Shown one piece after another: positions 10,195 through 19,356 of a stretch of 64,000 bases of DNA; positions within the stretch are counted from its first letter, which is position 1, and each line of letters begins with the position of its first letter. A program made the position numbers and the translations under genes. A model generated the notes under the pieces. That model saw only the letters and a list, made by a program, of their open reading frames with translations. It did not search any database and was not told the origin of the DNA. The DNA is from Planctomycetota bacterium. GTDB lineage: Bacteria > Planctomycetota > UBA1135 > UBA2386. The stretch is taken from the NCBI GenBank assembly GCA_016235155.1, contig JACRLW010000103.1, forward strand, positions 8,066-72,065, in the 5' to 3' direction.

Positions 10195-13100
10195 ATGCAT
10201 CGATTGCTCCGCTTCTTCTTCGCCGCGCTCGCGGCCGCCCTTCCCGTCGCCGCGCAGGACGGGTCGCCCAGGGTCGTCGTGAGCGCGCAGTTCGAGCCGG
10301 CGACCGCGACGCCGGGCAGCGAGGTGACGCTGGTGGTCACGCTCGACGTCGACGACGGCTGGCATGTCTACGGGAGCAAGGAGACGCAGAGCCCGCGGAC
10401 CGCGCTGCGGTTGAGCGACACGGGTGAGCTGCGCGTCGTCGGCGATCCGAAGGTCCCGCCGGGCATTCCGAAGACCGCGGCCGGCGACACGCACTTCGAA
10501 CTGAAGGGCAAGGTCCTGCTGAAGCAGACGCTCAAGGTCCCGGCCGCGCTCGGCGCGGGTGCGCAGACGGTGCGCGGCACGGCGTCGTTCATGGTCTGCG
10601 ACGAGACGATGTGCCTGCCGCCGCAAGAGGAGCCGTTCGTCGCGACGCTGGCGATCGGCGCGGCGGGCGGCGGCGCGACGGCGGCGGCGAGCGATGAGCC
10701 GGTGAGCGTCGCGGCACGCTTCGCGACGGAGCGCGCTTCGCCCGGCGACGAGGTGACGCTCGAGGTCACCTTGGACGTCGCGGACGGCTATCACGTCTAC
10801 GGCAGCAAGGAGACGCTGAGCCGGCCGGTGGCGCTCGCCGTCACCGACACCGGCGAGCTGCGCGTCGCGGGCGACGCCGAGATCCCCGCCGGCGACGAGA
10901 AGGTCGTCGAGACGACGACGAGCTGGGAGTTGAAGGGCAAGGTCGTGCTGCGTCAGAAGCTGAAGGTGCCCGCCGGGCTGAGCGCGGGGACGCAGACCGT
11001 GCGCGGCAAGGTGAGCTGGATGGCCTGCGACGAACAGGCCTGCTTCCCGCCGGCCGAGCAGGAGTTCACCGTGACGCTCGCGATCGGCGCGCCCCAGGTG
11101 CAGCAGGAGCCGAAGAAGCCGCCGATCCGTCTCGGCTTCGACGACGAGAAGGTGCAAGCGAGCGCGCGCATCGAACCCGCGAGCGCGGCGGCCGGCAGCG
11201 ACGCGACGCTGGTCGTCACGCTGTCGATCGTCGACGGCTGGCACGTCTACGGCAGCCTCGACAAGAACAGCATCCCGACGAGGCTCACGCTGCTCGACAC
11301 CGGTGCACTGCGCGCGGTCGGCGGCGCGATCGTGCCGCCGGGCGTCGAGCACAAGGACGCGATCAACACCAACTACTGGCTCACGGGTGAGGTCGAGCTG
11401 CGCCACGCTCTGCGCGTGCCGGAAGGCGCGAGTGGTGAGCAGCGGGTGACGGCGCGCGTCGAGTTCATGCCCTGCGACGAGTCGCAGTGCCTCGATGCGA
11501 CTTCGCTCGACGTCGAGGCGGTACTGACCATCGCCGGCGGCGGCGGGGCGGTGCAGCCGAGCGGCCCCAAGGCGTTCGCGTGGACGCAGCGGTTCGAGCC
11601 CGTCGATCCGCGCCCCGGCGAAGCGGTCGACGTCGTGATCGCCGTGCAACTCGCGCCCGGCGTGACGGTGACGGGCGGCGCCGACGAGAAGCCGACCAGC
11701 CTGCTGGTCGCCGGCGCCCTGCTGCCGGTCGGCAAGAACCGCCTGCCCGGCGGGAGCGAGACCTCGATCGCGGGCAAGCCGCGTTTCGTCATCGACGGCG
11801 GTTTCGAACTGCGGCAGGCGCTGCGCGTGCCGGTCGATGCGAAGCCGGGTCCGCTGACCGTCCCGCTCGAGCTGCGCTACGAACTCCACGACGCCGACGG
11901 GGCGTTGGCGCGCACCGAGCCGGTGAGCGTCGCGTTCGACGTCGTCGCGGGCGAGGCGCGCAGCGAGTACCTCGGTGCTGCGGCGCGCGTCGACGAGTAC
12001 GGCGGCGTGCTCGGCCTGCTGCTCGCGGCGATCGGCGCGGGCCTGCTCGCGCTGTTGATGCCGTGCACCTACCCGATGATCCCGATCACGATCTCGTTCT
12101 TCACGAAGCAGGCGGCGGCACGGCACGGCAGCGTGCTCCCGCTCGCGCTGGCCTACGGCCTGGGCATCGTGCTGATGTTCATCGCGATCGGCCTGTTCGC
12201 GGCGCGGGTGATCGTTCCGTTCGCGACGCACTGGATCACCAACGCCGTGATCACCGCCGCCTTCCTCTTGTTCGCGGCGTCGCTGTTCGGGCTCGTCACG
12301 TTGCAGCCGCCGCAGTGGCTGCTCCAGTTCGCGGGGCGAGCGTCGAGCAAGGGCGGCTACCTCGGCGTGTTCTTGATGGGCGCGACGCTGGTCGTCACGT
12401 CGTTCACGTGCACGGTCCCGGTCGCGGGTGCCCTGCTGAGCCTCACCGCCGACGGCGGCGGCTGGTACGTCGTGCTGGGCATGGCGACTTTCGGCCTGAC
12501 GATGGCGGTTCCGTTCGTCGCGCTGTCGCTGCTGCCCGGTCGCCTGCGCCAGGTGCCGCGCGCCGGCGAGTGGATGAACACGCTGAAGGTCTTCCTCGGC
12601 TTCGTCGAGATCGCCGCGGCGATGAAGTTCGCGAGCAGCGTCGATCTCGCGCTCCACGACGGCGAGCCGCGCTGGCTCGAGCGCGAGCCCTTCCTCTGGG
12701 TCTGGGTCGCGCTGTTCGTCGTCGCGGCGGGCTACCTGTTGCTGCCGCTGCTGCGCGGACAGGTGAAGCTCCGCGCGGGTCGCGCCATCGGCCTCGCGTT
12801 CAGCCTCGCCTTCGCCGGCTACAGCGGCTACGGCGCGCTCGGCAACGACTATCCGAAGGGCGACGTCGTGATGCCCGCGCTCGCTCCGCCGAAGACCACG
12901 GACCCGAGCAAGCACGACAAGGTCAAGGACGACTACGTCAAGGCACTCGCGCGCGCCAAGGCCTCGGGCAAGCTGCTGTTGATCAACTTCACCGGCTTCC
13001 AGTGCGTGAACTGCCGCGTGATGGAGCAGACCGTGCTCCCTGCGCCGAAGGTCGCGCCGCTGCTCGAGCGGCATTTCGTCGAGGCGCGGCTGCACACCGA

Positions 13101-13296
13101 CCACCCCGACGCCGAGAAGGGCGACGCCAACCGCAAACGGCAGATGGCGACGCTGGGCTACATCGCATCGCCCTACTACTTCGTGATCGACCCGGCGACG
13201 GAGCGCGAGATGGGGCGCTTCTCGCTGAGCAATGTCGGCAAGGACTGGGAGCAGCTCTTCGCCGACTTCCTGTCGGCGATGCTCGCGCAGCGCTGA
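10195..13296 (+). CDS. dsbD: DsbD-family thiol:disulfide interchange protein with four N-terminal alpha-like domains
   Basis: Repeated GWHVY...CDxxxC domains, TM domain LLMPCTYPMIPI and SFTCT, C-terminal thioredoxin domain FTGFQCVNC. Confidence 0.9.
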   Translation: MHRLLRFFFAALAAALPVAAQDGSPRVVVSAQFEPATATPGSEVTLVVTLDVDDGWHVYGSKETQSPRTALRLSDTGELRVVGDPKVPPGIPKTAAGDTHFELKGKVLLKQTLKVPAALGAGAQTVRGTASFMVCDETMCLPPQEEPFVATLAIGAAGGGATAAASDEPVSVAARFATERASPGDEVTLEVTLDVADGYHVYGSKETLSRPVALAVTDTGELRVAGDAEIPAGDEKVVETTTSWELKGKVVLRQKLKVPAGLSAGTQTVRGKVSWMACDEQACFPPAEQEFTVTLAIGAPQVQQEPKKPPIRLGFDDEKVQASARIEPASAAAGSDATLVVTLSIVDGWHVYGSLDKNSIPTRLTLLDTGALRAVGGAIVPPGVEHKDAINTNYWLTGEVELRHALRVPEGASGEQRVTARVEFMPCDESQCLDATSLDVEAVLTIAGGGGAVQPSGPKAFAWTQRFEPVDPRPGEAVDVVIAVQLAPGVTVTGGADEKPTSLLVAGALLPVGKNRLPGGSETSIAGKPRFVIDGGFELRQALRVPVDAKPGPLTVPLELRYELHDADGALARTEPVSVAFDVVAGEARSEYLGAAARVDEYGGVLGLLLAAIGAGLLALLMPCTYPMIPITISFFTKQAAARHGSVLPLALAYGLGIVLMFIAIGLFAARVIVPFATHWITNAVITAAFLLFAASLFGLVTLQPPQWLLQFAGRASSKGGYLGVFLMGATLVVTSFTCTVPVAGALLSLTADGGGWYVVLGMATFGLTMAVPFVALSLLPGRLRQVPRAGEWMNTLKVFLGFVEIAAAMKFASSVDLALHDGEPRWLEREPFLWVWVALFVVAAGYLLLPLLRGQVKLRAGRAIGLAFSLAFAGYSGYGALGNDYPKGDVVMPALAPPKTTDPSKHDKVKDDYVKALARAKASGKLLLINFTGFQCVNCRVMEQTVLPAPKVAPLLERHFVEARLHTDHPDAEKGDANRKRQMATLGYIASPYYFVIDPATEREMGRFSLSNVGKDWEQLFADFLSAMLAQR

Positions 13297-14426
13297 TGAG
13301 CGCCGACCGGCGCCTTCTCGTGCTGTGGCTGCTCGTCGCGGCGGGGATCGCCTACGGCTCGCTGTATCCGTTCGACTTCGACAAGCCGCTCTTGGAAGGC
13401 GGATTCGTCGCCGCGCTCCGCGAGAGCCTGCTCGCGTTCCCGTCGCGCGGCGACCTGCTGAGCAATCTCGTCCTCTACCTGCCCTTCGGCATGGTCGGTG
13501 CGCTGGCGTTGCGCGGCACGGGGTCGCGGGCGCAGGCGTTCGCGCTGGTGCTCGGCGCGGGTGCCTTGCTGTCGTGCGCCGTCGAGTCGGTGCAGTTGTT
13601 CGTCGTCGACCGCAACACCAGCGCGTTCGACGTCGCGCTGAACCTCGCGAGCACGGCCGTCGGCGCGATCTTCGGCTTCGCGTTGCAGCCCGAGCGCTTC
13701 GCGTTCGCCGCGCGGCTCGGCGTGCGCGACCGCATGGCGCTCGTGCTCGCCGCGAGTGGGATCGCGTACCGCCTCGCCCCGTTCGTGCCGACGCTCGATC
13801 TCCAGCACGTGAAGGACGCGGTGAAGGCCGTGCTCGCGGGCGGTTTCTCGCCAAGCACCTTCCTCCGCTACACGGTCGCGTGGCTGGTCGTCGGCATCGC
13901 GCTGCGGACCGGGTTCGCGCGCGTGCGCCGTCACGCGCTGCCGATCACCGGCCTCGCCGTCGCCTGCGCGCCGCTGTTCATCACGCGCATCGGGATTCGC
14001 ATCGAGGAGTTCGCGGCAGTCGGCGTCGCGACGGCGTTCTGGCGCTTCGTCCCCGCGGGTCGCGCGACCAGCGGCCTCGTGCTCGCGCTGCACTACCTCG
14101 TGATCGCGGGCGCGCAGTTGTGGCCGTTCGACTTCGCGGGTCCAGCGCACGAGTTCCGGTGGGTCCCCTTCGCGGGATACCTGCACGGCTCGCGCGAGAC
14201 CGGCGTGTTCTCGATCTTCGAGAAGTTCTTCCTCTACGGCGTCGCGGTGTGGCTCCCCGTCCGCCTGGGCAAGCCGCTCTGGCCGGTCGCATTCGCGGTC
14301 GCGGGCGTGCTGCTCGTCACCGAGTTCCTGCAGACGCAGATGCCGGGTCGCAGCGCCGAACTCGCCGATCCGCTGCTCGCGCTGATCGCGGCGGCGCTGT
14401 GCTCCGCGCTGCGCGGCAGCCGATGA
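13296..14426 (+). CDS. VanZ-like membrane protein (two VanZ-like units)
   Basis: DLLSNLVLYLPFG, ESVQLFV..RNTSAFDVALN, and a second unit EFLQTQMPGRSAELAD. ATG overlaps the dsbD stop. Confidence 0.85.
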   Translation: MSADRRLLVLWLLVAAGIAYGSLYPFDFDKPLLEGGFVAALRESLLAFPSRGDLLSNLVLYLPFGMVGALALRGTGSRAQAFALVLGAGALLSCAVESVQLFVVDRNTSAFDVALNLASTAVGAIFGFALQPERFAFAARLGVRDRMALVLAASGIAYRLAPFVPTLDLQHVKDAVKAVLAGGFSPSTFLRYTVAWLVVGIALRTGFARVRRHALPITGLAVACAPLFITRIGIRIEEFAAVGVATAFWRFVPAGRATSGLVLALHYLVIAGAQLWPFDFAGPAHEFRWVPFAGYLHGSRETGVFSIFEKFFLYGVAVWLPVRLGKPLWPVAFAVAGVLLVTEFLQTQMPGRSAELADPLLALIAAALCSALRGSR

Positions 14427-15034
14427 GCGCGGGCTTTCCGTGGCACGAGACGAAGGCGCGACTCCGCGAACTCGACGCGACGAGCCGTGCGGGCTCGCGC
14501 ATCGTGCTCCCCGCGGTGCTGCCGCCGATCGCTCCCGGCGAAACGCTCGACGACTGGCTCGCACGCGTGCCCGACGCGCTCGGCGTACAGGTCGTCGTCC
14601 TGCTGCGCGCGGGCAGCGCCGCGCTCGGGCTCTGGGACGGCGACGAGTGCGTCGTGCACAAGGTGTTCACGCGATACGTCGTGCGGGGCAACGGCAAGGC
14701 GCAGCCGCTGCATGCGAAGACCAAGGGCAAGTCCCGCTACGGCGCGCGGCTGCGCCTCCAGAACGCGCGGCGCTTGCTCGAAGAAGTCGGGGAACGCCTC
14801 GTCGAGTGGTTCGCGACGTGGCCTGCCCCCGAGGCGATCCACTGGTCCTGCCCGGTCCGGCAGTGGCCCGAGTTGTTCGCCGCGAATCCCCCGCCGCCGT
14901 TTCCGCGCGACGATCCGCGCCTGCGTCGCATCGCGATGCACGTGCACGAGCCGCGTTTCGAGGAGCTGCTGCGCGTGCGGCGAGCGCTCGCGCGCGGGCG
15001 GATTGGCGAAGCGACGGATCGCTCACGATCATGA
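14423..15034 (+). CDS. bVLRF1 (Vms1/ANKZF1-like release factor) domain protein
   Basis: VLLRAGSAALG...HKVFTRYVVRGNGKAQ...KTKGKSRYGARLRLQN..LLEEV.ERL..W, the VLRF1 pattern. ATGA overlaps on both sides. Confidence 0.8.
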   Translation: MSAGFPWHETKARLRELDATSRAGSRIVLPAVLPPIAPGETLDDWLARVPDALGVQVVVLLRAGSAALGLWDGDECVVHKVFTRYVVRGNGKAQPLHAKTKGKSRYGARLRLQNARRLLEEVGERLVEWFATWPAPEAIHWSCPVRQWPELFAANPPPPFPRDDPRLRRIAMHVHEPRFEELLRVRRALARGRIGEATDRSRS

Positions 15035-16275
15035 CCGCGATGCCTGCCACGCCGCGCGACCGCGCCGCCTTCGCCACGCTCGCCGGGCTCGCGCGCCGAT
15101 TCGGGTTGCGGCTGGATGGTGCGCGCGTGCGCCGCACCTCGTCGCGCTTCTGCTTCGGCGTCGAGCACGGCGACTACAACGGGACCGCGCTGCTCGGCGT
15201 CGGCACCGATCGCTTCCTGTGGCTCGCGTATGCGCGCAACGGCACGAACCGGCTGCGCCTGTGCAGCGCGAACTTCGAGTCCGAGGGCGTGGTCGACGTC
15301 GATCCGTCGCGGCTTGCCGCACCAAAGGACGTGTCCGGCTGGGCCCGCTACGCGCACGGTGCCGCCGCGATCCTCGCGCGTGAGGGCTTCGCGCTGCGGT
15401 GCGGCCTCGACGTCGCGATCTTCTCCGACATCCCCGGCGGCGGCATGTCGCGCTCGGCGTCCTTGTGCGTCAACCTCGTTCTCACGTTGCTCGAGGCGAA
15501 CGAGCTCGCGGTCGCCGACCGCTTCCGCATCGTCGAGCTCGCGCAGGCGATCGAGACCGACTTCGTCGGCTCGCCGTGCGGCGTGCTCGACCAGACGATG
15601 ATCCTCTTCGCGCGCGCGCGGCACGCGACGCACTTCGACCCCGCGACGCGCGCGATCACGCATCTGCCGCTCGGCGCATCGGCGCCGCCTTTCCGCCTGC
15701 TCGCGCTCGACACCGGCACGGTGCGTCCCGGGCTCGAGGCGTCGACCTACAAGCTCCGCCGCGCCGAGTGCGAGGAACTCGTGCGCCTCGTGAACGGGAT
15801 GGGCATCCCGATCCGGAACCTCGCCGAGGTCCGCGACGACGCCACGCTGGCCGCGATCCGCGATCGACTCTCGTCTTCACGCCCGCAGCTCGTCGCGCGC
15901 CTCGAGTACCTCTTCCACGCGCAGCTTCGCTTCGCGGAGTTGCAGCGCGCCTGGACCGCGGGCGATCTCGCGAGCCTCGGCGCGGCGTTCCGCGCCGACG
16001 GCATCGGCCTGCGCGACCTCTACCGCATCTCGGGCCCCGAGCTCGAAACGATGTGCGACCTCGCGCGCAGCGTGCCCGGTTGTCTCGGCGAACGCATGCT
16101 CGGCGGCGGCGACAAGGGTGCAGCCGGCGCGATCGTGTCGGCCGACGCCGTCCAACGCGTCTCGGAGGCGATCACGATCGGCTACCCGCGCAGCCATCCG
16201 GCGTACGCGTCGCGCTTCGCCGTCCATGAGCTCGACGTGGTCGACGGCGTCACGGTGTTCACCGGGCTGCCGTGA
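15031..16275 (+). CDS. Galactokinase-like GHMP sugar kinase
   Basis: EHGDYNG, IPGGGMSRSAS, GSPCGVLDQ, ISGPELE, RMLGGG. Confidence 0.85.
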   Translation: MTAMPATPRDRAAFATLAGLARRFGLRLDGARVRRTSSRFCFGVEHGDYNGTALLGVGTDRFLWLAYARNGTNRLRLCSANFESEGVVDVDPSRLAAPKDVSGWARYAHGAAAILAREGFALRCGLDVAIFSDIPGGGMSRSASLCVNLVLTLLEANELAVADRFRIVELAQAIETDFVGSPCGVLDQTMILFARARHATHFDPATRAITHLPLGASAPPFRLLALDTGTVRPGLEASTYKLRRAECEELVRLVNGMGIPIRNLAEVRDDATLAAIRDRLSSSRPQLVARLEYLFHAQLRFAELQRAWTAGDLASLGAAFRADGIGLRDLYRISGPELETMCDLARSVPGCLGERMLGGGDKGAAGAIVSADAVQRVSEAITIGYPRSHPAYASRFAVHELDVVDGVTVFTGLP

Positions 16276-16278
16276 GCT

Positions 16279-18762
16279 TCATCGCCGCTGCGCGCGACGC
16301 GCCTCGAGTTCGCGCAGCGCGCGTTCGGCGGACTCGAGCTTCAACCCCTCACCGCCGGCCCTCACGATCTCGACCGCTCGGCGCGCGTGCTCGATCGCCG
16401 CGTCGAGATCGCCCTGCGCATGGCAGGCCTGCGCGAGGAAGTACGCCGGCCGGGGACTTCCGGGCAGCGCGCGTTCGGCTTCGACGAGCACCGCGATCGC
16501 CGCGGCGTGCTCGCCGGACTTGACCAGGCTCTCGCCCAACACTGCTCGACTGATCGCGTCGGTCGGATCGAGCGCACAGGCGCTCTGAAGCGCGCGCGCC
16601 GCCGCGGCGAAATCCCGGCGCTCGTACTCGACCCGTCCGAGATTCGCGTGGATCGCGCCGATGTCGGGCGAGAGCGCCGCGGCGCGCGTGAGCGAATCGC
16701 GCGCGTCGTCGTACGAGCCGTCCACGGCGAGCAGCCGGCCGAGTTCTGCGTGCAGGTGGGCCCAGCTCGGATCGCAAGCGAGACCCCGGCGACAGGCTTC
16801 GACCGCCGCGGCGCGATCGCCGCGACCTTCGTGGATCGCCGCCAACCACGACCATGGCGACGGGTCACTTGCTTCGCGTTCGAGCGCTTCCTCGGCGCAG
16901 CGGATCGCCTGGTCGATCTCGCCGAGGCGTGCACTCGTCCTCACCACGACTCCGTTCAACCACGTGCCCAACTCGGGAAGGAGCGCCATCGCGCGCTGCG
17001 CGTGCTCGCGCGCGCGCGCGGCGTCGACCGACTCCAGACACAGCGCGAGCCAGGCCTGCGCATGCGGCGAGGCGGGCCAGGTCGTCCGCAACGCGTCGAG
17101 CGCCGCGTCGCGGATCGCGTCGAGTCCGGCGTGCGTCGCGGCGAACGCGAGCATGCCGCGGTGAAGGAGGCTCGCCTCCGACTCGACGAAGATCAGGCGA
17201 TGGAGCAGTTGCGTGGCGCTCGCGTACTCGTCGCGACGATCGTGCCGCAGCGCGGCGAGGTAGCTCGCCGTCGCGGTGAAGCGCAGGCGTTCGGCGGCCT
17301 TCGGGTCGAGGACGTCGACTCCGGTCCCCGGGCCGGTCGCCGCACCCGCGAGTTCGACGATCGACGACGCCTCGGGGATCGCCGCCGTGAGCCAGGCGTT
17401 CGAGGTCAGGAGCGCGCGTGCGTCGTCGCGCCGGCCGAGCAGGACCCGCGCAGCGAGGGCGCCGAGCATCGCGTCGGTGCGACGACCGTCGACCGCGAGC
17501 ACGGCGTCGAACTCGTCGCGGGCTCGCGCGCGCTCGGCGGGATGGACGAGCCGCACGAACGCCGCCTGCTCGCGATCCGCCAGCGTCCTCGCATGGGCCG
17601 TGCGCTGCGCCGACTCGATGGTCGGCCACTGCCAAGCGAGCACCGCGCCGGCGCCGATCGCGATGAGGATCGCGACCGCGGCGGCCGTCCTCGTGCGATC
17701 GCGGACGATCCGGTGCCAGGCGCGACGAAGGGGACCGCGCGGGCTCGTCCGGATCCGTCGTCCGGTGAGCACCGCCTCGAGTTCCTCGCCGAATCGCTGC
17801 GCAGAACCGAAGCGATCGCGCGGGTCGCGCTCCAGCGCCACCGCGAGGAGTTCCTCGAGTCCCTCCGGCACACGGATGCCGGCGGCGGCCAGGCCCGGAA
17901 CTTCGTCGCGATCGCCCGGCCACGCGCCGAGCGGCTCCCGACCGCTGGCGCGCCAGATCGACGCGAAGATCGTCTGCCCCAGCGCGAAGACGTCGGCGCG
18001 CGCGTCGACGACTCCGTCGGGTGCGAGTTGCTCCGGTGCGGCGAAGGCCGGCGTGCCGGCGAAGCCCGAGGTCAACGACTCGTCGGACTCGAGATCACGC
18101 ACGAGTCCGAAGTCCGCGAGCATCGCCCGGCCGTCGTCGGCGCGGATCAGGATGTTCGACGGCTTCACGTCGCGATGCACCAGTCCGTGTGCGTGCAGCG
18201 TGGCGAGGGCGATCGCGACTTCGCGCCCGGAGCGAACGATGGATTCGACCGCGGGGTCGCGCCGATCGCGCAGTCGATCTCGCAGTCGATCGCAGCGCGA
18301 CGCCAGCGACTCCCCCACGACCAGTTCCATCACGATCGCCAACACCGACTCCGTCTCGACGACGTCGAGGATCGCGACCGCGAACGACGATCGCACGCGC
18401 GCCATCGCGCGCGCCTCGCGGAGGAAGCGGCGACGGATCGACGGGATCTGCGCGAGCTCCGGACGAACCACCTTCAGGGCGACGTTGCGATCGCGCACGA
18501 AGTCGTGCGCCGCATACACGATCCCCATCCCGCCCTCACCGAGGATCCCCAGCAAGCGGTGGCCGGGCACGACGACCTCGATGGTCTTCGCGATGCGTCG
18601 TTCGGCGAGGCACCGCAGGAAGTGGACCTGTCGCAGGAGATTCGCCAGGTCCGCGTGCTGCACGCAGAGCGAATCCAGCGCAGCGTCGGTGAGGGCATCC
18701 CCGCGCCCGGCGTCGGCGTACACGCGCTCGGCTCGCCCGACGACGGAAGGCTCGCCCGACAT
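16279..18762 (-). CDS. Ser/Thr protein kinase with TPR repeats
   Basis: GEGGMGIVY, VALK, HRDVKPSN, DFG, FAAPEQ; TM helix; several TPRs. Confidence 0.92.
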   Translation of the reverse strand: MSGEPSVVGRAERVYADAGRGDALTDAALDSLCVQHADLANLLRQVHFLRCLAERRIAKTIEVVVPGHRLLGILGEGGMGIVYAAHDFVRDRNVALKVVRPELAQIPSIRRRFLREARAMARVRSSFAVAILDVVETESVLAIVMELVVGESLASRCDRLRDRLRDRRDPAVESIVRSGREVAIALATLHAHGLVHRDVKPSNILIRADDGRAMLADFGLVRDLESDESLTSGFAGTPAFAAPEQLAPDGVVDARADVFALGQTIFASIWRASGREPLGAWPGDRDEVPGLAAAGIRVPEGLEELLAVALERDPRDRFGSAQRFGEELEAVLTGRRIRTSPRGPLRRAWHRIVRDRTRTAAAVAILIAIGAGAVLAWQWPTIESAQRTAHARTLADREQAAFVRLVHPAERARARDEFDAVLAVDGRRTDAMLGALAARVLLGRRDDARALLTSNAWLTAAIPEASSIVELAGAATGPGTGVDVLDPKAAERLRFTATASYLAALRHDRRDEYASATQLLHRLIFVESEASLLHRGMLAFAATHAGLDAIRDAALDALRTTWPASPHAQAWLALCLESVDAARAREHAQRAMALLPELGTWLNGVVVRTSARLGEIDQAIRCAEEALEREASDPSPWSWLAAIHEGRGDRAAAVEACRRGLACDPSWAHLHAELGRLLAVDGSYDDARDSLTRAAALSPDIGAIHANLGRVEYERRDFAAAARALQSACALDPTDAISRAVLGESLVKSGEHAAAIAVLVEAERALPGSPRPAYFLAQACHAQGDLDAAIEHARRAVEIVRAGGEGLKLESAERALRELEARRAQRR

Positions 18763-18767
18763 GATGC

Positions 18768-19313
18768 TCAGGGCGCTTCGAGTTCCTCGCGCAGGAGCTC
18801 GATCGCGCTCGTCACGAGTCGCTGCGCGTGCGACAGGCTCACCCCCATCGCGTCGCCGATCTCCTTGAGCGAGTAGCCGGCGAAGACCCGCAACTCGAGG
18901 ATGCGGGCGAGTCGTTCGTCCTTCTCCGCCACGCGTTCGAGCGCGTCGTCCATCGCGAGGACGTCGATCGGGTCCGAGAAGGCCTTGTCGGCCGCGATTT
19001 CGTCGAGGTCGAGCGTGACCCTCACGTGCGCGCCGCGCTTGCTCGCGGTGCGACGCCGCGCATGGTCCACGAGCGCGCGGCGCATCGTGCGGATCGCCAG
19101 GCGGCGGAACACGGCTTCGTCGCCGAACTCCACGCCCGAGGCGGTGAGGCGCAACCACGCTTCGTGGACCAACGCGGTCGGCTGGAGCGTGTGGTTCTTG
19201 CGTTCCCCGCGCAGCAGTTGGCGGGCGACCGCGCGCAGTTCGTCGTAGACGAGCTGGAGCGAATCGTCGTCGTGACGATTCGACTCCAAGCCGTCGCGCT
19301 CGTTCGCCGCCAT
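18768..19313 (-). CDS. ECF sigma factor (TIGR02999-type)
   Basis: LVYDELRAVA...HTLQPTALVHEAWLRL...MRRALVDHAR...KRG signature. Confidence 0.93.
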   Translation of the reverse strand: MAANERDGLESNRHDDDSLQLVYDELRAVARQLLRGERKNHTLQPTALVHEAWLRLTASGVEFGDEAVFRRLAIRTMRRALVDHARRRTASKRGAHVRVTLDLDEIAADKAFSDPIDVLAMDDALERVAEKDERLARILELRVFAGYSLKEIGDAMGVSLSHAQRLVTSAIELLREELEAP

Positions 19314-19356
19314 GGATGGGAGGATAGCCGCGGGTCCGATCGATCCGCGGGCGACG

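Noticed and set aside
10180..13854. Very long antisense or alternate-frame ORFs (also 30299-34597, 30430-34053, 47562-50213)
   Set aside because: Arg/Ala/Pro-rich shadows of real genes, expected at this GC content.
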